Assembly: GCA_963662435.1 (NCBI GenBank)
Contig: OY759598.1
Location: 1,892,507 to 1,956,506, forward strand
DNA: 64,000 bases
Reading direction: 5' to 3'
DNA from: Dehalococcoidia bacterium
Lineage (GTDB): Bacteria; Chloroflexota; Dehalococcoidia; Lucifugimonadales; VXLM01
Every line of letters starts with the position of its first letter. The first letter of the stretch is position 1. The position numbers and the translations under genes were made by a program. The notes beneath the pieces were generated by a model, which saw nothing but the letters and a program-made list of their open reading frames with translations, was not told the DNA's origin and ran no database searches. Positions 58,886 to 64,000 of the stretch are shown here, piece after piece.

Positions 58886-60841
58886 GTGGGATACGTTGAA
58901 TCACTGCACGCAAAGGCGATTGAGCTAAGCCGGCTTTCGGTCGAGATGACCGCGGCGGCGGACTCCGGGCATCCGACATCCGCGTCGAGCCTTGCCCACA
59001 TCGTGGCCGCCCTGATGTATGCACACATGCGGTTCGACCCGGCCGATCCGGCGAATCCCGCGGCGGACAGGCTGGTGCTTTCCGAGGGACACGCCTGCCC
59101 CATCGTCTACGCCGCCGGCTCAGAACTGGGACTGGCCATCGGGAGAAGCGCTGCGGAGCGGCGTCCGATGACCCTCGAAGACGCCATGACGCTCCGTGCC
59201 ATCGACAGCGAGATCGATGGGCATCCCAATCCAGCGGAAGGCTTCCCCTTCTTCCCGGCGGCGACCGGATCGCTGGGACAGGGACTCTCCATCGCCTCGG
59301 GCCTCGCGGCGGGAGGACGGCTCGACGGCTCCGACAAGCGGATCTTCTGCATCATCGGCGACGGCGAGAGCCGTGAGGGTCAGGTGTGGGAGGCGATTGA
59401 CTTCATCGTCGACTACCAACTGAACGCCGTGTGTCCAATCTTCAACTGCAACGGGTATGGGCAATCCGACCCGGTGAGTGGTCAACAGTCGCCTGAGGTG
59501 ATCGCGGCCAAGCTGCGTGGAGCGGGCTTCGACGTGGCGGAAATCGACGGACATGACCCTGAGGCCGTGCGAGACGCCCTTGCTGAACACACTCGCCATG
59601 CCGACGATCCGCACGCCAGACCGTTTGCAATCGTTGCCAAGACCGTCAAGGGGTGGGGCTTCGTCAAGACCGCGGGCGATGGACTGCACGGCAAGCCTCT
59701 GACCGGCGACGACGAGGCTGCCGCTATCAAGGAACTGGAAGAGACGGCGGCGACTCTCGTCGTCTCTAACGGCGACCTGAAGGGGGAGCCCGCACCGGCT
59801 GCGGCATCGCCATCCGCAGGATGCGAGTCACCGCCGAGCTTTGTCGATGCGATGAATACCTACGGACAGTCCGGCGCCCTGGCGGACGGCAAGTTCGCAC
59901 CCAGAAAGGGCTACGGGATCGCTTTGCGGGCCCTCGGTCATACGAACCCCGACATCGTCGCCCTCGACGGCGACGTGAAGAACTCCACCTTTGCCGAGTA
60001 CTTCTCGCAGGACCCCGATCTTGCCCACCGTTTCTTCGAGTGCCGCATAGCTGAGCAGCACCTCATATCGTGTGCGGCGGGACTGGCCTCCGGAGGCAAG
60101 ATACCCTTCGCGTCGAGCTTCGGCAAGTTCGTCGCGCGCGGGTACGACCAGTTCGAGATGGGGTTTATCAGCAGGCTCAACATCAAGGTTGTCGGCTCGC
60201 ACGTCGGGGTGAACATTGCGGCGGACGGCCCGAGCCAGATGGCGCTCGCCGACGTGGCATTCTTCCGGTCGATGGCAAAGGTACAGGCAGACGCGGGCGG
60301 CCCCGGCCTGTACATCCTCAATCCTTCCGACGCGGTGTCGGCGTATGCCCTGACCGTGCAGATGGCGGAGCACCAGGGCGCATGCTACCTCCGCGCCGCC
60401 AGACCGGACACGCCGTTCCTCTACGACCTCGACGCCGACTTCACACTCGGTGGCCATGGCGTGCTCGCCGAGGGCGGTGATGTCCTCATCGCGGCGTCGG
60501 GCTACGCCGTCCACGAGGCGATAAAGGCAATCACGGCACTGTCGGAGCAGGGCATCCAAGCTACGCTCATAGACCTGTACTCCCTCCCGTTCGACGGCGA
60601 GGCAATCGCATATGCTACCCAGGCCAGCGGCGGCAACGTCGTCACCGTCGAGGACAACTACGGCGCAGGCTTCGGCTCCGAGGTGGCGGAGTCCCTCCTG
60701 GAGCACGGCGGCAACTTCAAGATCAACCAGATGTACGTCAAGCGCATCCCGAAGTCGGGACGCTCAGCGGACGACCTGATGAGGTACGTGGGGCTGTCGG
60801 CAGACCACATAGCGGCGGCAGCGCGGGGGTTGGTTGGGTGA
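58886..60841 (+). CDS. tkt: Transketolase (single-chain, animal-like subtype)
   Basis: SGHPTS, SEGHA, GSLGQG, GDGE..EG.VWEA, DGDVKNST, IAEQ, DGPSQM. Confidence 0.92.
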   Translation: MGYVESLHAKAIELSRLSVEMTAAADSGHPTSASSLAHIVAALMYAHMRFDPADPANPAADRLVLSEGHACPIVYAAGSELGLAIGRSAAERRPMTLEDAMTLRAIDSEIDGHPNPAEGFPFFPAATGSLGQGLSIASGLAAGGRLDGSDKRIFCIIGDGESREGQVWEAIDFIVDYQLNAVCPIFNCNGYGQSDPVSGQQSPEVIAAKLRGAGFDVAEIDGHDPEAVRDALAEHTRHADDPHARPFAIVAKTVKGWGFVKTAGDGLHGKPLTGDDEAAAIKELEETAATLVVSNGDLKGEPAPAAASPSAGCESPPSFVDAMNTYGQSGALADGKFAPRKGYGIALRALGHTNPDIVALDGDVKNSTFAEYFSQDPDLAHRFFECRIAEQHLISCAAGLASGGKIPFASSFGKFVARGYDQFEMGFISRLNIKVVGSHVGVNIAADGPSQMALADVAFFRSMAKVQADAGGPGLYILNPSDAVSAYALTVQMAEHQGACYLRAARPDTPFLYDLDADFTLGGHGVLAEGGDVLIAASGYAVHEAIKAITALSEQGIQATLIDLYSLPFDGEAIAYATQASGGNVVTVEDNYGAGFGSEVAESLLEHGGNFKINQMYVKRIPKSGRSADDLMRYVGLSADHIAAAARGLVG

Positions 60842-60880
60842 GTAGTCAATGTCGTAGGAAGCGCTGGAAAGGATAACCGG

Positions 60881-61537
60881 ATGGCTACTCCGCATAAGAA
60901 GCTTGTCGAGATTCTACAGAGATCCTATTGCCCTTGCCCAGAGTTTGAAGGTGCGTGTAAAGGCACAGCCAAATGGAAGCCAGATTGTGGTCAGATTCCG
61001 CGGGGATTCGTTGGAGCGCTCCGGTCTCTTGAGGAGGTCAGGATTGTAATTATCATGGATAGACCTAGTAATCCATTTCCTCACGAGCGGTACACTAATG
61101 TGGATCAACTAGAGCAAACAACACGATTCGCGTTTCAGTGCTACCAAGACGGTACTGATCGGGAATTCCATACAAATCTCACGTATTTTCTCAATCTCGT
61201 ATTTCCTGAGTATCAGAACGACCTCAATTCCCAATTACGGAAAACATGGGTGACAAACTCCTACCTGTGTTCAACTCCTAAACATCAAGGTAAACGAGTG
61301 CCCCCCGATGCTTGGAAGGCGTGTGTGGACCGCTATTTAGCCCGACAACTAGAGTTTCTAGGTGGCAAACCAGTTATAGCGTTTGGTTCCCTTGTGGGCG
61401 AACGGGCAAGGCGGGCTGGGGTGAACGTGCACCTATTGAAAGAAGCCCACGCGTTTACACAGCGATATCCAGAACAGTTGCGTAAAGCCCGCGATACGTG
61501 GGAGGAAGCTGCAAGATGGGCGCGGGCGATGTCTTAG
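60881..61537 (+). CDS. Divergent uracil-DNA glycosylase-like protein (AT-rich gene)
   Basis: CPCPEF...C, IVIIMDRP, WVTNSYLC, C..RYL..QL, VIAFG, AH. Confidence 0.5.
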   Translation: MATPHKKLVEILQRSYCPCPEFEGACKGTAKWKPDCGQIPRGFVGALRSLEEVRIVIIMDRPSNPFPHERYTNVDQLEQTTRFAFQCYQDGTDREFHTNLTYFLNLVFPEYQNDLNSQLRKTWVTNSYLCSTPKHQGKRVPPDAWKACVDRYLARQLEFLGGKPVIAFGSLVGERARRAGVNVHLLKEAHAFTQRYPEQLRKARDTWEEAARWARAMS

Positions 61538-61583
61538 CTAGTCCCCCTGAGGGTTGACTCGAGCCAACTGCCCTCACCTACCC

Positions 61584-62777
61584 CTACGTCAACATCGGCG
61601 ACCACGGCTTCAACGGGGTCGCAAACATGGCGTCCGCGCGCAGTAGCGCGCCGGGGGTGTTTTCAACCACCCGCCCGGCCTGAGCCAGCGGCGTGAATGG
61701 GAAGCCCCCGAGATACGGCACGGCCAGGTCGTCGACGGAGAGGATGATGTCTGCTAACTTGCTTGTGGGCCAGCAGGTCGCGCCCGATGGGCTTCCTGTT
61801 AGGTGGTAGGTCCCGTCGTTCCATGGGCAGAACTGGTCACGGACCTCGAAGACGATCTCGTCTTCCTGCGTGTACGTCCTGGAAGACAGGGCCTTCGGGA
61901 CGTCGATCAGTCGGAGCCACGTGCGGTCCCGGGGCTTACGTTCTAGCGCCCTAGCGTCTTCGAGCATCCATGCCAACGGATCGTTTATGGGCCGTCCCCA
62001 CGCCTCGATGGTCTTGATGAGGTCGATGTCGAAGCAGTACCTCCACAGGGCGGCGTAGGCCGCGTCAGTGCAGGCCACTAGCTGCCGCACGGTCACAATC
62101 CCGTCTTTGATGCGGTAGAGGGCGCAGCCTTCGACTTCGCTTTCCCGGTACTCGATATAGAAGTTGGTTGCTTTGCCGGTCTTTCCTTTCGAAGGGAATT
62201 CAAAATAGGCGTCCCACCACGGTTTTGGGGGCCGGACCACGCCTGCGCGATTCGCCGCGGCCCTCCGGTAGACCTCGGGGAAGACCTCTCGTGCGCGCTC
62301 GGGCTTGATTATCTTGATGGAGCCATCCCACGTGTATTCCTGCCGGTATGCGGTGCGATGCGGCTCGATCTTCCAGTTTTCGTGCTCGCTGGCAATGCCG
62401 TACCCGAAGCGACCATAGATCGGGGCTTCAGAAGCTTCAAGCGCCGACAGGATGGTGCCGTCTTCGTGGGCCGCAGTGAGTTGCCGCTTCATCATCTCGG
62501 TGAGGAGGCCGCGCCTGCGGTGTGAGGGCAGGACGGTCACGCCTCCGATGCAGGCGGCAGTCACGCTTCCGCCGGGGACCGTCATTTCGAGGGGATAGCA
62601 TTCCGTGAATCCGACGGGATCGGGGCCGTCGAATGCCGCCATGCTCTGCCCGATCTTTGCCCATTCTTGGGCGAAAGGCAGTCGTGCCTTGTCGAAGTGG
62701 CCGCCGAAAGCCCACGACTCCATCTCCATCGCGGCCGGCAGCTCTTCGTCTGTTATCGGCCGGTATTCGATGGGCAT
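61584..62777 (-). CDS. Eis-like GNAT acetyltransferase with SCP2-like C-terminus
   Basis: VTVLPSHRRRGL, ASEAPIYGRFGYG, WLRLIDVPKAL, D..CPWNDG, YLGG. Confidence 0.92.
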   Translation of the reverse strand: MPIEYRPITDEELPAAMEMESWAFGGHFDKARLPFAQEWAKIGQSMAAFDGPDPVGFTECYPLEMTVPGGSVTAACIGGVTVLPSHRRRGLLTEMMKRQLTAAHEDGTILSALEASEAPIYGRFGYGIASEHENWKIEPHRTAYRQEYTWDGSIKIIKPERAREVFPEVYRRAAANRAGVVRPPKPWWDAYFEFPSKGKTGKATNFYIEYRESEVEGCALYRIKDGIVTVRQLVACTDAAYAALWRYCFDIDLIKTIEAWGRPINDPLAWMLEDARALERKPRDRTWLRLIDVPKALSSRTYTQEDEIVFEVRDQFCPWNDGTYHLTGSPSGATCWPTSKLADIILSVDDLAVPYLGGFPFTPLAQAGRVVENTPGALLRADAMFATPLKPWSPMLT

Positions 62778-63014
62778 ACAAGTTCTCTACAATTCTGGTG
62801 TTCAGTTGCGGGAGATGCCTGCCTGCAACGCGTCCATCTTCGTGCAGAATACCTAAGCTTGGCGGCTAATGGAAGTATTATATCTCCAAAAGTACTGTAA
62901 TATGGACAGTAACTAGGAAGTGCGACCCTATATGGCTCTTCGGAGTTTCCGACGACGTTGGCTTGGTGAATCCGCAGTGCTTGGACGATTGCCCAAACAC
63001 GGTCGCATTTCCCC

Positions 63015-64000
63015 CTACGTCAGCATCGGCGACCACGGCTTCAACGGCGTCGCGAACATCGCGTCCGCATGTTGGAGTGCGCCGGAGGTGTTTTCAGCCA
63101 CCCGCCCCGCGTGAGCTAGCGGCGTGAATGGGAAGCCACCGAGATACGGCACGGCCAGGTCGTCGGCAGCTAGATTGATGTCGGGCGACTTCGTGGTCGG
63201 CGTGCAGGCAGCGCCCGACGGGCCACCTTTCAGTTCGAAGATACCGTCGTTCCATGGGCAGAACTCGTCGCGGACCTCGAAGACGATCTCGCCTTCCTGC
63301 GTGTACGTCCTGGAAGACAGGGCCTTCGGGACGTCGATCAGTCGGAGCCACGTGCGGTCGTAGGGCTTTCGCTCAAGTGCCCTGGCATCGTGGAGCATCC
63401 ACATGAGCGGATCGTCGGTTGGCCTGGCCCATGCCTTGATGGTCTTGACGAGATCAATGTTGAAGCAATAGTCCCACAGAGCGGCGTGTGCCGCCTCCGT
63501 GCGGGCAATTAGCATGCTGACCATGACCACCTGTTCCTTGATCTGGTAGATGGCCCAGCCTTCAACGTCCCCTTCCCGGTACTCCACGTAGTAGTTGGGC
63601 TTCTTGTCGTCGATCATGTTGGGCCACCATGGACTCGGCGGCTGAACGACTCCGGCGCGGCTCCCGGCCGATCGCCAATAGACCTCCGGAAAGACCTCGC
63701 GGGCGCGGTCGGTCGTTACCATGTGAATCGAGCCGTCCCACTTGTATTCCCGCCGGTACCCTGTTCGCCGTCGATCGATCTCCCAGTTGTCATACATGGC
63801 AGCTATACCGTACCCGTACCGCCCGTAGATCGGGGCCTCTGACGCTTCGAGCGCCGACAGGATGGTGCCGTCTTCGTGGGCAGCAGTGAGTTGACGCTTC
63901 ATCATCTCCGTGAGCAAGCCTCGCCTGCGGTGAGAGGGCAGGACGGTCACCCCGCCGATGCAGGCAGTGGTGACGACTCCGCCGGGGACGGTCATTTCCA
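63015..64000 (-). CDS. Eis-like GNAT acetyltransferase, second paralog (5' end beyond window)
   Basis: Same motifs as 61584-62777. Confidence 0.9.
   Translation of the reverse strand, partial: EMTVPGGVVTTACIGGVTVLPSHRRRGLLTEMMKRQLTAAHEDGTILSALEASEAPIYGRYGYGIAAMYDNWEIDRRRTGYRREYKWDGSIHMVTTDRAREVFPEVYWRSAGSRAGVVQPPSPWWPNMIDDKKPNYYVEYREGDVEGWAIYQIKEQVVMVSMLIARTEAAHAALWDYCFNIDLVKTIKAWARPTDDPLMWMLHDARALERKPYDRTWLRLIDVPKALSSRTYTQEGEIVFEVRDEFCPWNDGIFELKGGPSGAACTPTTKSPDINLAADDLAVPYLGGFPFTPLAHAGRVAENTSGALQHADAMFATPLKPWSPMLT

Noticed and set aside
57369..58886. Replication origin near dnaN
   Set aside because: No dnaA and no cluster of TTATCCACA boxes seen
1..64000. CRISPR array or cas genes
   Set aside because: Repeats are dispersed palindromes without regular repeat-spacer periodicity; no cas-like ORFs

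Overview
High-GC bacterial chromosomal segment. Gene content suggests Chloroflexota/Dehalococcoidia (SAR202-like); this is an inference from the paralogous catabolic enzymes, the solo dnaN and the surface repeat proteins. Housekeeping genes include pyk, polyprenyl synthase, metG, rsmI, hisG, dnaN, transketolase, cinA and the RNase P RNA gene rnpB. They are mixed with many catabolic enzymes (three DHDPS-like paralogs flanking two His-rich VOC proteins, GH42, aldolases, dehydrogenases), a MoxR/DUF58/DUF4129 operon, Kelch and FG-GAP surface proteins and a DUF433/DUF5615 toxin-antitoxin pair. Intergenic regions are crowded with at least five families of short palindromic repeats, some inside MITE-like terminal-inverted-repeat shells. 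No CRISPR array, tRNA or rRNA was seen. Most notable: (1) an AAA+/DUF4143 nuclease gene bracketed tightly on both sides by near-identical 35-bp palindromes; (2) a large serine recombinase homolog that lacks its catalytic residues but keeps the DNA-binding domains, coupled to a core zinc-ribbon gene next to rnpB, whose 3' end is duplicated; (3) two AT-rich orphan uracil-DNA-glycosylase-superfamily genes; (4) the DHDPS-like/His-rich VOC cluster. All family calls come from motif recognition by eye, with no database search.
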